A stretch of DNA of 63,969 nucleotides, filler included, from Piptocephalis cylindrospora (GCA_003614145.1; 11 parts of 11 records of this genome joined end to end with filler, not necessarily neighbours in it); one strand, 5' to 3'; shown: positions 48,314-61,429, counted from the whole stretch's first letter. Notes: a model not told the origin generated them from the letters alone. Translations and numbers: made by a program.

Positions 48314-50468
48314 GAGAGGGAAGTGCTAGAGTGATTCTCAGACAATGGGTTTTGGATGATGGTGGGGGGGAGGGGGGGAGGGGACCTGGGGATTGGGTAT
48401 AGATCGAGAAGCAGGGAAAGTGAATGATGTATCAGGTACTGCGAGGAAGAATAGGGAAAATAAAGATGCCTTTTGAGTAGGAGGCAAAGAAGCTTACTGT
48501 AGATGAAGGCAATGAGAGGTACGAAGGGAAAGTGCCAGCAACAGGCAGAGAATTTAGGATAGGGGACTGCGTATGTGCCCAGGGAGGAGGGGGGAAGGGA
48601 TAATCGTAGTGTTAGGGAAAATTGGAGGCAACTTGAGTGATGGCAGTGGTAAGAATTAGAAATCAGACGATTGATATGGGATGAGGGTTCAAATAAGGGA
48701 ATGAAGAGGAAGATCACGGGGAAGACGAGGCAGTAGCGGAGAAGGGACAAGGTAGCGTTGACGAAGATAAGGAGCAGCGTTGGTGAAGGTAGATGGTAAT
48801 GTTGACGAGGAGACAACGGGTAAATAAAACAAGAGTACGAGGAGAGGTGCAGTCCATCTCAACATGAAATACCCCATACGTCAGCCAAAGGGGGTGAGAC
48901 ATGAACATGGGTTTCATCATCGAGCTCCTGTCGATAGTTCGGATGATGCTTCCTTGGATCATTGGGATGATCAGCCCGGAAGACGAATCGGCCAAGGGTG
49001 GGGACGAGGGAGGCCCAGGGAGTGATACCCTTCTCCCTCTCCCAGACATGGGCCATCTGCAGTGCCATGTACCAAAGAGGAGGTGGACGATGGAACCATG
49101 CATGCTCATGGGTCAGCATCTAATACTCCTCTCTATGCAATTAATCTGAATAAAGTGGGCGCCATGTCTTTGCTCAATATTTATCTTCACCGCGTTACAG
49201 CGACACATTTCCTCGGACAAGACTAGATTGTATCCATCAAGGTAGAAATAGCCTCTCACATCTTGGACGGATTCCTGACTCTAGATGACATGTGGCAAGG
49301 GTGTTATTATCAAGCATCTTCATGGCTGTGTCCCATCCACATGAGCAATGCCCAGGCCTCCCAACATCTCCCAGGACACTCATACAGAGTTCAGCCCAAG
49401 CAACATCTTCCATCCCTTCTACTACAAGCACTACTTTCTATTCCGTAAAGAGCCGTTGAATAGCATCCATGTGGTTCATCTCTCCCCTCCCCTCCCCTCC
49501 CTCAATGGATTGGTTCACACATCTTCATTGCTCCACTCCATACCCTTGTATTGTCCTTCCTGGCCATCTCTTTCCCAGGTCCTTCACCAGTAACACCAAT
49601 CAACCCACTACAAGGAGCCTCTATGGAAGGCTCTAAACCTCTTTTGTGGACCCCCCCCCCTCCCCTCCCCTTCCATCTTCTATACACATACACACACAGC
49701 GTGTCCCATACTAAAAGGGCCTACAGGTAGGAGAGGAGAAGTGGGACTGAGAGCTCGATTGTAAAACTCCGACACAGCTCCGATACCCCGCTCATATTGC
49801 AACTCCGGCTGCCATCTCCGCCTGTTCCACATTCACCAGGTTCCCCTGGTGCCCTGATTCTACATGCTTGCCATCCATCGGAGGTAGGCTTAAATATCAG
49901 CCCAATTCTTGCCTTTTCCATCTCCTTCCCCCTCCTCTCCTTTTCCCTTCATCCCATCTTGCTTCACTTCCTTTCACTTCCCCCTCCCTTCACTGATTCC
50001 CCTCCCCCTTGCCTTGGACACCCTTCCGCCTCTCCGTGCCTCTCCCAGCCCCCACGCCCTCCCATCTTCTTTGATTCCCCTCTTCCCACCGCCTTCTCGC
50101 CTCTCCCGCCTCCCTCCCTCCACGCCAGCCGTGCTTCTCTCTCCGTGAAACGCTCTGCCTCCGACGACCCCCACCATTGCACTCCCCCCTCCTCACACAC
50201 AAAAGCCCCGTCCCTCCAAGACATCATCAGTGAATCGCATCCGCTGTCCCTTTCATCCCACTCTCCTTCACACTCCCCAAGCACTTTCATCAACAAACAC
50301 CTTCCAAGTGTCCGAGACACTCTTCCTCTGCCCCACTCCCTCTCTCCCTCCAGACAGTAGATCCCCCCTCCCCCATCCTCCCCTCCAATAACACTCCCCT
50401 TCCCTTTTTGCTGCGCAAAACCCGCTTCATTGTCCCCGTCCCATCCCCCTCTCCTTCCATCCTTCACC

Positions 50469-51341
50469 ATGCTCTTCTCCTCCCCCCTTCTCGTTTCCCT
50501 GACCAACTTGGTGACCCGCACCCCTGGCCCTATCCTTCGGCGCGCGTCTCTCCCCTCCAACGTCTTGCAATCCGAACGAGAGGTTCTGTCGCTGGTTCGA
50601 CGGTACGAACTCCTCTCCAAGCGCATCAATTCTCAGATCGTCCCGGTCACCCCGATCGAGCAAAAGGCCGTCGTTAAATCAGACGTCCTTGAGAATGTCC
50701 GACTTTATCTCAATGCCGAAATGCCCGATCGCGTCCTAGGTGGCGCTGCCGGCAAGAATGTGCCTACCAAAATTCTCCTCGATAGTGGGAAGGTTCTCCT
50801 TCTCCACTCTGTCTAAATAGCCCATCCCTTCTATCCCAAGGAAGAACGAGGCTATATGTGTAGTGTGGTGGGGCGTGATGCCCTTATCCGTGCCTTTCTG
50901 GGTATGGAAGAGGAAAAGGTGTCATTGGCCCCTCCAATGCTCCATTGGAGGGATGGGCCAAGACATCCGGTCGCTGAGGAGCAGTTCATAGAAAGGGAAG
51001 GCTCAGATGGGTCATTCCGCGCAATGTAGATGGGATGAGATGAGGCAAACCTTCAGATTTTGCCCTCATTCTCTTGCAGCTCTTACCTTTGTCTGTTTTT
51101 ATGATAGATAGTGTCCCAGAATGATCATGCCTTCCCAATTGGGCATACCCTGAATCATCTGGGTGGGCGGAGATTGCACGCTCTTCAAGATAAGTTTTCA
51201 TCTGATCTATGTCAACTGAACCGCGATATAGCTTACATTATCACAATGAATGCGTACAGTGTCATCTCAGAAAGAAGTAAATCGTCCAATCTACTGTTTG
51301 ACAGTATAGTCACCATGGATTTAGATCAATCTTTTTCATGA
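50469..51341 (+). pseudogene. Possible pseudogene of an unknown protein
   Basis: One frame looks coding from MLFSSPLL, continues past TAA 50814-50816 and resumes in the same frame at 51111-51341. Confidence 0.35.
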
Positions 51342-51423
51342 TCCAAACCTATTAGACTCTCCTTTCCTTTTAAACATAGGGATACTTATCTTCCTAATGC
51401 CATCTCTTTGTGCCAGCTATCTT

Positions 51424-51493
51424 AGCAGACACTGTGTTCGGATGCCCATCCGCCTACCCCACTGGGGAAAATAAAATGATTTCATCATCATCA
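51424..51493 (+). mobile_element. Short dispersed element copy 2 with AATAAA and (TCA)4 tail
   Basis: Near-identical to 17010-17064; ends aaaataaaatgatt-tcatcatcatca. Confidence 0.65.
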
Positions 51494-51972
51494 GAATGAA
51501 GGAATGACTGAATCGTGCTCTATCATCATTCGATCCCAACCTTTATCCTCAATTTAAACTTCTTTCCCCTCCCTCCTCTCCGTGAATTCTTAGCTCTTAG
51601 GCTATCAATGGTGATTTCAAGGATCGGATGGCCATTTAACGCTCTTTACGTACCATCAATAATGATTATCCATAGCCATATGAAACGCCCATCAGCTGGC
51701 TCGTTAGGCGCCTTAAAGTTACCCTATCTCTCCCTGGATCATGTGGATTCCCTTGTTTTGAAGTCTGCCAAAAGATCTCAACTTCGAGTTACCCTGTCCT
51801 ACTGTTATCTGTTTTGCCTGGTGGGCTAGGGTGGGAGAGATTGGTTTCAAATTTACAGCAGCACCTTGGCGATGGGTGATGGGGCATGATATGTTATAGA
51901 CTATCGTATCATTTCGGTATTGCCTGGCCCTTTGTAGGTCACCATCTACTTCCAGGCCCTACCATCGGCGCT

Positions 51973-52098
51973 GAAACTCATCTTCGCATTTGTCATCTCC
52001 GTTCCTCGAACTCCGCAACGTCTTGGACCAATGGAGAAACTCATCTTCACATTTGTCATCTCCGCTCCCCGAAGTCCGCAACACCTTGGACTAATGGA
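51973..52098. repeat. Two-unit 63-bp diverged tandem duplication
   Basis: gaaactcatcttc...aatgga units at 51973-52035 and 52036-52098. Confidence 0.9.
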
Positions 52099-52383
52099 CA
52101 GAGGATCGGCAATAAGACAGATATATCGCAAGGAAAATTTGTCACAGAGCAACGATGAAGATTAAGGCGACGATGGAGAAAAAGCCAGTATCTCAATGGG
52201 ATTGACGAGCAGATAAATAGCCCAAGGTCCAAATCTGCTGAAGCAATGTTGTTCTAGCATCACTCAATCCCTCTCCCCCACAAAAAACAACCTTCACCTA
52301 CCCTCATCCTCCTGTCTAGCCGGTCTAGTCTATCCATTGCCCCATCATCACCCCTCTCCGTCGTAGCTCTCCAGTTCTATCCT

Positions 52384-53265
52384 ATGCAGGCATCTCTTCT
52401 ACTTACCCTGGCCCTTCTCGGAGTGGTGTCGGCCAACAACCTGGAGCGCCGTTGGATCAAAATTGATACCCCCGCCGTCTTTACCCCTAACCCTGCCTTT
52501 CCCTACGTTTGGGCCTGGCAGCACCAAGACAATAGCATTCTGGAGACCAAGAAAGATTCTGCTTCGGATGATGCTGTGGCCCGGGTCATTCTATCAGGAT
52601 TTGCCAGCAAAGCCAATCACTCCCCCGTCTTCCATATCAGGAAATCAGAGGTTGTCCCTCCCTCCAATGATACCTCCGACTTTCTCAGTTTTGCCCCCTA
52701 CTGGTGGCCTAATCCTGAGGATCCGAAGGCAGAGTGGGTTAAGAAGGATGGGGAAATCAACCCAGACATTCTCAAACTCACCTGCCAGGCTGAACTAAGC
52801 GCCATGACGGCTTCGACCCGCATGTCCGTCACCCAAGGCCTCTTGAACCCTACGGACACCGCTAGCCTTGCTCATGCATCCAGACAGCTGCATGCCTGGT
52901 TTGTCGATCCGGAATTGCGCATGAAGCCCAACGTCAACTATGGACAGGTTGTTCGGAACGCTGACCCTTCCACCTGGAAGGGTCGGTTCGAGGGAATTCT
53001 CTCTGTCCGTCAACTAGCCTTCGTTCCTTCGACCGTCGAGCTTCTCGAGAAGATTTACCCTCAATGGACTGCCCAAGACACCAAAGGTGTCAAGGATTGG
53101 TTTACCGAGTTCCTCCAATGGTTACTGAACCCCCCTTTCCAGCCAGAGGAAAATACGAGCAAGAATAACCACCGCACCTATTGGGCCTGTCAGGTTGTCG
53201 AGTACCAGAGGTTCCTGGGCAAGCATGAGGACGCCGCCGCCACCCTGGCCAATTTCGTCGGAACC
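52384..53265 (+). CDS. Secreted polysaccharide lyase, alginate-lyase domain (PL38-like), 3'-partial
   Basis: Signal peptide plus LERR; PPS.D..DFLSFAPYWWP, KDGEINPD, WFVDP..RMKPN.NYGQ and NNHRTYW motifs. Confidence 0.85.
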
Positions 53266-53365
53266 NNNNNNNNNNNNNNNNNNNNNNNNNNNNNNNNNNN
53301 NNNNNNNNNTTAATTAATTAANNNNNNNNNNNNNNNNNNNNNNNNNNNNNNNNNNNNNNNNNNNN

Positions 53366-55529
53366 CTTGAAGGTTCTTTAGGGCTTTTATGCAGTCAATG
53401 ATGGATGGAGTAATGGAGGGGGAGGATGAATCAGGGAAAGGGAATAGCTCAGACCAATATATCGGGTCTAGACGGGTGAGGGTCATGTGAAGCCGTAGGG
53501 CGGTGTTGAGGGAGGGATGAGGGGTTGAGGATATAATGACAGGGTGGATAAACTGGGAAAAAAGACGGATCATCAGGGGATGCAAGCGTGGGCCTTGAGA
53601 AGGGGGAAGGGAGAGGAGTAGGGAGATAATCCAGCTCCCCACGACTTGAGAGGAGGTCGTACTGGTCTGAACCACCGAAGAAGCCTTCTCACCGCTTCGT
53701 AATTTCCTTTTCTTCGAGACTGGCACTTCTGAGTGGAGTAGGTTACCCATGTCTTTGACAAGAAAGTCTAGGGCAGATTCGACCATCTCAGATAACTGTG
53801 CCCAAGGAACAGCAGCGATGACGGCGGAGAGACTAAGGTGGATGGGATGGGGGGAAAGGGGAGTCAGTGAAAAAAAAGTACACCTCTGTTCCATCTCTTT
53901 CTCTACTTACGCATCCGAGCATGCAGTGGAATTCATGAAAACGTCCTCCTGAGAGGAGGTAGACTGATTGGATGCATCCTCTTGGGTTCCTTGCATCATA
54001 TGAACCAGGAAGGATGGAAAGGATCTTGCGCGGATGCAAGCATCGACCAATTGATCTAAAAGCTCCTTCGCCCCCTCAACAGCAAGAAGGGGTGCATGAA
54101 GAAGACAGGAGATGAGGGAGGCATAGGCCTGAGAATCACCCTCAAGGAGCTGGTCATCTAGCTTCATGTATCCCGCAAGAGTACCGAGGGCATGTGAAAG
54201 AAGGGGGGCGTTGGTGGAGGAGGTGGAGCTTGCTAGTGGGACCCATTGATGAACGAGTTCCTTCCTCAAGATGGCGGACTGTCTTCGTCCGACTTTGTCC
54301 TTTGTGGGACGATAGGCTCCAGTACGGGCCAAGGTCCGGACCAAGCCCTTGTAGCACTGGACATTTCCAGAGACAATGGACCCGAGTTCGAGATAAAAGG
54401 CAAAAATGAGGGAGCGATTGGAGTTGGAGCTGTCGATGATGGCGGTGGCGGTGGATGTGGGGTTCTTGAGACCATCCAGACCGGAAGCTTGAATGAATAG
54501 TCCAAGAAGAATGGGAAGGCCGTGAACAAGGACTGGGGAGGGGTCCTGGGCAGAGGAGGACCAAGCCTTACGTAGGAAAGTGAAGAGCAGCTTTTGGTAG
54601 CTTACAATAGTTCTATCCTTATCCTTGGCCGGTTGGATCCGGCCGGTGGGGTCAGCGGTCATGATGGTGGAAAAGTCCGAGAGTTGATCTGGAGGGAAGA
54701 GGGAGGATTGGAGGATCTGACTCAGAAGGGTCTTGGTGGACTCAAGCTCCTTGGGGTCGACACCGATCGAGGGGTCTTCCTTCGTGGTGAGGACTGAGAG
54801 GAAAGGGAGGAGGAATTGGTCAACAGCAAGGGAAAAGGCCTTTCGAGGATTAGCGGCCAGCTGAAGATGGACGAAGAGTCCATGGGCAATGATGCGTAGA
54901 GTGGATAGGATAGTGGATCTTTCCTCCTCCGTTGCAGAGATCTCTGATAGGGTCTGGTAAGTAGAGAGTGCGCCGGATAGTGCAGAAGAGAGTTGATCCA
55001 GGGTGGGACGATGGTAGGATGAATAGGACTTGCTAAAGATAAGCTGACATGTGGTGTGAAGGTGATGGAGAAGGTCCAGTCGGACAGGGGCATCCAAGGC
55101 CTCCTTGCCTTCATTGGCCTCACCACAAAGGTCATGTAGGGTGGATGAGACAATGCTGAGGATGGGAGTCTTGACCGAAGCCAAGGGATTGGCATGACCA
55201 AGTCCTTCCCGGAGAGGAGGAAGGGATTGGGAGGTGGTTGGGGAAAGGATGTGCAGGAGCAAGGACCAGAAAGCGGGCTGTAACCGGGGTCTAGCTTCGG
55301 TTTCCTTGGGTCCAGCCTTGGCCATGGTGGTGGAACACCACTCGAGCAGAAAATCCCTTTTGCGGGGCAAGTAGGCTGTGGAGGCCGGAGCATTCAAAAG
55401 ACGCCTGGCCAGACAGACGCGGTCCCCAAAGGCATGGTGCGGAGACCTCAGGGTCCGGGTCAGGGTGTCGGCTGAACTGGAGAGGAAATCCGGGTCCAGG
55501 ATGTTACTGAGTGTTTGGGTCGTCATCAT
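53366..55529 (-). CDS. URB2: Probable Urb2/Npa2 ribosome-biogenesis protein, N-terminal part
   Basis: Large Leu-rich helical protein with YLPRKRDFLLEWC and SYQKLLF; intron 53910-53833; runs off the contig edge. Confidence 0.6.
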
Positions 55530-58105
55530 CCTGACTATCCCGAGGCAAAAGATGAGAAGATTTGAAGGGGGGAATGGGTCTGGTGGAGGGGAGAAGGAGG
55601 ATATATCCCCCTCCTCCCTCCCTTCTGCTTTTCTTTTTACCTTTGTGGACGCGCTCGTTCACTTTGAGTTGAGGGTCGAAAATTGTGCAAAATGGACCAT
55701 TTTTGAAAGGTAAATTCACCGATCAGGTTGATCGGGTTGTGTGGTCTTGTGAGGTCAGGGAGATGGGTGAGATGGGATTAACGTGTACCAGAATGAGCGT
55801 CATGTATCCCCTTCCCCCCAACCTTAAACTCAACCACCTATTCACACGGGAAAGCGGATAGACACCATTCCCCGCCTCCCATCAGGGGAGAGAGATGGAT
55901 ACGGTAGGAGCGACCTTGGCCCTCCCGATCCTTGGAGGAGGCCTGATGAGGTATTTTACCTGTCTTGAGAGTATTTCTTGGGACTACGTGTGGGTATCGG
56001 TCGGTATACGCATCGACATGAGAAAGAATGACGTATCATGATGCCTCCATTCGCTCTCAGGGTCACGAGAGGGTATCTAGATCTAGGATGGATGGTCTGA
56101 CATGCTGACTCATCCTTCGTGGCTGGTCACGGCGACTTTGAGAGAAGGGTAAAGCCGGCTTCCTGCATTCGTCTCTAAAGCAGCACCAGAAGTAGGATAG
56201 AAATCCGAAGACTGCCCGGTCCCCTTCGTTGCATCCTTTGAGCTCTCTATAGATGAGTGTGACATTAATGTCCCTTATGACGATGGGGTTTCGCTAAAAC
56301 GACGCGCTACTGAATAGACGCTGCCCTATTCATAGTGGAGTAATAGACGATGCGTCTACCTGGTACCTCTCTATGACGATGACAGCAGTAGGACGTCTTG
56401 ATACTTTCTTTCTTGTTGGCCCTTTAGGATCTCTTTCCCCTCTAGCACAGCAGCCACATCATCCCATTCTGAAAGATCACTATGACCCTTTGATCCTCCT
56501 CTCCTCCAGATGTACGCAGAGTCTGGTTCCCCAGATCATCCGTCCACATCCCGCATCTCGTGTGATAAAACGGACCTTTCTTCTCTTTCCTTGGGTGGGG
56601 AGGAGTCATGGTGGGTTTAGTTCAGGGATCCCCTGTCGCTGTTCCCATTCTATCATCTCCCCCCCCTTCACCTCCCAATCTTCCTTTTTATTCCCATGTT
56701 ACTACTCTCATCTCTTTTCACTTCCTGGTGTCCCGGGACTTGAGAGAAACCGTGTGGCAACTATGACAGCGCAACCTTGTTCAATGCGAGGCTACTCTAG
56801 CTGCCGCTGTCCAGAACTCTGTGTGCGCACTTGTATACATGTGTTGTATATAGAGTGCGTGTGGGGGCTGTAATACACAACAGCAGGGAAAGGATGATGA
56901 GGGAAATCTGTCAGGTCATCCAAGCAGACCACCAGCCTTGTCACATAGGTGCTCCTGTACTGTGCTCCTTGGGAGGGACTCTCACTTTCCCTTTTCCTCT
57001 CCCCTCGCACACGCATGCCAAGACAGCGCTTTGTACTCCCCAGCCCCAGGGGTGGGGGGGGAAAAGATTGGTGAATCCCAAGGATAACGCCCTGCCACAT
57101 TGTTCCATCCCAGACTTCCATAGCCGCTCTTGTCCTCGCTCGCTCCTTTCCTCTTCGGACCGGAGCGGGTTGTCCGCGCGCGTACGCCCGCACCTTCTGG
57201 TGGCCACCACTTGAGTGCGGGAGTGGCAGGAGACATGTTGCATGCTATGCTCTGAAGAGAGAGAGCTACACACTATGGAGATGGTGGGCCCTTGCCACCC
57301 CTCTCTGCCTCCTCCTCCTCGCCCTGACCTGGGGTAGGGCGCAGCCCACCCATGACCACTGCAATACCCGCCCAGCGGGGGAATAAGGCTTTGTCAGACC
57401 AGGTCAAGGATGGGGATGGGGATCTACCGTTTAAATGAAGAGGATCTCCTGGTTCTCTTTTTCTTCACTTTCTCTGTTGGACTACATCATCTTGCTCTCC
57501 ACTCCCCTTTCCCTTCAAGCATCTTTCTCAAATCATCAGTCTTCGTGATCCTCTTTCTTTCCCTCCCTCCCTCCCCTCTTACTCCTTGCCTTCCCCCCTC
57601 CCCTTTCCAGACAGACACAGAGACACACACACACACAGAGAGAGAGAGACAAACCGCACTCCTTCCCGACGTTCGCTCAGCTGTTAACGAACCCACGTCT
57701 CCACTCTTCCAAACGGTCTCCCTTGTCCTTCCCTCCCCTCTCATATCTCCCGGCCATCCACCTTTCCTTACCGCCACCGCTCTCTTGCAGTGTCTCGGTT
57801 CACACCCTGGACAAGGTATCGCTGGTTACCCTTCGCCCTTATAGGCCCCCCTCACCCCCTCTTCTTCTCCCTCAGACCCTGCGCCTTCCTTGATACGGTG
57901 ACCTAAAATCAGTCCGTGTAGACGCTTCCCTCCTACCAAGCCGCCTTGACCACCCTGATCAACCCCCTCATCCCCAAGTACGCCCTTGTCCTCGAGAGTA
58001 CCGCAAATACCCCACAGAAAATAGTGCCTTTCCTCCTCTCCCCCCCCCCCCTCCCATCCAACTTCTCTTTTCTTTTCCTCTTCTCAAGGCAGTTTAAAGT
58101 CAAGT

Positions 58106-58247
58106 ATGAAATTCAAGCATCTGTTCGGCCTAAAGAAGGATGTACATCATGGACATCATCATGATCATCATCCTCGAAGACATCGCTCGCCCCCCCCCGC
58201 CTCCTCCAGTGGCATCACCACCGACTTCTGGCCAAAACTCCCCAAAT
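58106..58247 (+). CDS. 5' fragment of an unknown His-rich protein cut at a chimeric junction
   Basis: MKFKHLFGLKKDVHHGHHHDHHPRRHRSPPP follows a pyrimidine-rich leader and ends where the URB2-like sequence starts. Confidence 0.45.
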
Positions 58248-59161
58248 CCCTCCATTACTCCATCCATCATTGACTGCATAAAAGCCCTAAAGAACCTTCA
58301 AGGCCACTCGGACGAATTGGACCTCCTTATCGCCAATGTATACCTGCAGCACGCTCATATGATCTACACTACCACTCTGGCCCAAGGGAAGGAGAAGGCG
58401 GGAGAGTGGGTGAGTTTGGCCTTGTCCCTAGCCATGTCTTCCTCTCATAATCACTCACAGGAGCTTTCTGAGTCATGGTTCTGCCTTTTATCCCAATGGC
58501 TTCCTTTGATCGATGAGTTTGGCGATGAGTCCTCCCTAGTATCTCTCACCAAGGGCGTCATCCGCACCCTGGTCGATCATCTCACCCACAACCAGGAGGA
58601 CCCTTCCTCTCCTACTGCCGATCGACATCCCGTTCTATTGCACTGGGCCACCTTTTTTGAGCTTACTCGACTTCAACACTCCTTTTCATCTGCTCTTCTC
58701 TCCCTCTTGGCCAGTACTTCCCAGGAAGCTGAAGTCTCTGCCCGGGCCCAGGACATCCTTTCTCAATTGGCTTCCTCCACCACCTCACGTTCTCGGGAAA
58801 TTCTTACTGAGTTTCGTGATCTCCTATGCGCCCAACTTCCCGAGTCGCCCCAGCATCCCATCTCTCGGTCACGTGCATTAGCCGTCCTCCGTTTTCTTAA
58901 CTTTCTCCCTTCGGACTACCTTCTCCCTGCTGACCGGGAACCCCTTCTCCTTTGTGCTTTATGGTTGGGTCAGGGGGCTTATCCGGTAGACGGGACTTCC
59001 AATCCCAGGGACGGTATTCGTCTCGCTCTCTCCTTTGTAGCTCGAGTCGTAGAAAGACGCGGGGACCACGGAATGCTTTCTCGTGATGGCGCTGCCCTTG
59101 GCCGTCACCTCATCTATTTGGGACAAAGAACGGCTGATCCAATCGCTAATCGCTCCCTCGG
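58248..59161 (+). CDS. Inverted, displaced continuation of the URB2-like CDS
   Basis: Starts with PSITPSIIDCIKALKNLQ, the same peptide that ends the 53366 fragment, and stays open to the contig edge. Confidence 0.75.
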
Positions 59162-59261
59162 NNNNNNNNNNNNNNNNNNNNNNNNNNNNNNNNNNNNNNN
59201 NNNNNTTAATTAATTAANNNNNNNNNNNNNNNNNNNNNNNNNNNNNNNNNNNNNNNNNNNN

Positions 59262-60590
59262 ATCTCCTTTGCTTCCAACTCGGGCTTTTTATCCTTGGAT
59301 ACCCTTGTTCCCTCCTTTTCTTGCTCCTCGCTATCCACGGCATTGGGATCACTAAGTGGTGGGCAAAATAAGATAACAGGGAAGGCTTGATTCGAAATAA
59401 GCTCTTTCACATACCCATTCATGACAACCTGTGACAAGACATGAGGTTTTATACGCTCATGAGTAAGGCAGTCTTTGGCCGTTGGCCGCACATCAGGCTA
59501 AGGAAGAAGAGGGGTGAGTGAATCAATCCACCTATCTTCTTATTACCAACAATGCACGTACATCAACTTGAAGAAGGGTAAAGATAAAGCGGGATAGCCC
59601 TTCCGAGTACTGATCCCTAGGGATGGATCGAACCTTCCCACGTCGGATCACATAAGCTAGCTCATCCCGTGTCTCTGCCTTGAATGGAGTACTTTCAGTG
59701 AGTAGGGAAGGGGGAAGAAAGTTAGTCAAAAGGTCAATTCTTAGAGCATCCCCATTCCTTCCTCACCCCAGAACAGGACTTACTCAAGGGTACATATTTG
59801 ATAGACCAGACAGCCCAAGGCCCACATGTCACTTTTTTCATTATAAGCGGATCGGGAGACGACCTCGGGGGACATGTAATAGGGGGTTCCGACGTAGGTT
59901 TGGGCCAAATCATCAGATTGAAGACTACGGGAAAGGCCAAAGTCCCCGAGTTTAACGTTTCCCTCCTCATCCAAAAGGACATTGGCAGGCTTGAGGTCGC
60001 GGTGTAGGATGATGCTGGAGGAGGCGCCCATGGTAAAGTAGGGCTGTTCACCTCCATGGCAGGCATGAAGGGCCATGAGTAGCTGAGCAGTCAGCTTCCA
60101 TACCACCTTTTCCGAGATGAGCCTCCTAGAGGGATGGGGAGAGGGGAGAGCGGAGTAGGGTAAGTAACGAGATATCATATTGGATCAGAAACAAGAATAG
60201 GATACCCACCCGGCGGACTTGTGACGATCAATAACCTTGGCTAAATCCCCTCCAGCACAATACTCCATGATGATGTAGAGAATCTTGGTGTCGAGGTCGA
60301 TTTGACGATCAATGTATTTGACAATGTTAGGATGATTAAGACTTCGAAGGACCTGAACCTCCTCAACGACCTGTTGCCTTTCCCGATTACTCATGTGAGC
60401 ATACTTGACTGTCTTGGCCACCAGCATCTATACGTGGGGGGGAAAGCGAGTTAGAGTCAAGCTGAGAGGGGAAGGGAAGCAGAAAAAAAAGGAAAGGACG
60501 CACCTTGTTGTCGGCAAATCGCTGTACTTTATAGATGACGCCATAGGACCCTCGACCAATTTCCTCCACTATCTTATACTTGTCCAACAT
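59262..60590 (-). CDS. NIMA/NEK2-family Ser/Thr kinase, multi-exon, 3'-partial
   Basis: GRGSYG, HPNIVKY, MEYCAGGDL, HRDLKPAN, KLGDFGL, TYVGTPYYMSPE and YNEKSDMWALGC motifs. Confidence 0.92.
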
Positions 60591-61429
60591 CCTAGGGAGA
60601 GAGAAGGATGGGATGGGATGGAACGAGATGCAGAGGGAGAAAGTAGCTTTTAGAAAGTAGAAGGCCGCAGGGACAGAGCACACAAGGTAGGAGGAGACAA
60701 AAAACAACACAGAGAAAAGGAAATAGAGGTGGATGGGAGGGAAATGCACTTGAAGGAAGGGAAGGAAGAGAGTGATGCGTGGAAAGGGGACAGGAGCGAC
60801 AGGGGAGAGGGAGGAATGAGTCTTCCTTTGTTGATGGCTATATCCTTCAGTATCAAGCAGTGCGCGTGTAGTATGGACTGTGGTAGGTGGAGTTGAGTCG
60901 TCGTCACCAGACAAGCTGGTGAATGACCAGGTCGGAGATGAGGGCGGCAGGGGTTTATGGTGGGTAGGAGAGATGATTATTGGTTTTTAGGGGGAGCAAA
61001 GTATGCCATTTCCTCTTGTACGAAATAGCACCAAAATGGGCTATGAAGTGTAATTTTAGGTCACATGGCACCAAAAGGACAGAAGGGGAAGAGGTTAAAC
61101 TATCCTCCAATTTGACCACTTTTTACTGACCAAGACCGAGTGTGGTTGGATAGAGCATTTGATAGATGTGAGAGAGAACAGAGTTTCTTGTGTAGTGGTG
61201 TGCAGTGTGCAGTGTGTAGTGTGCTAGTGGGAGCAACAAAATATAATGTGCCTATCTGAAGAGAAAGAATTTGCTTCTTTTTTTTTGTCAGACACCAGGA
61301 CGGCGACGACTAAAGAAACAAGGAGTGATGGGGGATAATCCTAATCACAAGTGCCCTCTGGGCCTTTCCCTCTTCTCCTCCCTACTATCCCAACCCCAAA
61401 TACCCTTTTTCCCCGCAGCATCAATCATC

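Noticed and set aside
47465..50400. Many Pro/Ser/Gly-rich ORFs in long intergenic stretches (also 21500-23680, 27100-28400, 55700-58000)
   Set aside because: They arise from CT/GA-rich low-complexity DNA with no recognisable domains.
58140..59213. 357-aa ORF as an independent gene
   Set aside because: It spans the chimeric junction at 58248, and its N-terminus is an off-frame read of another gene.
5857..59261. Regularly spaced TTAATTAATTAA repeats about every 5.9 kb
   Set aside because: Synthetic six-frame-stop linkers inside N runs, not a CRISPR array or biological repeat.
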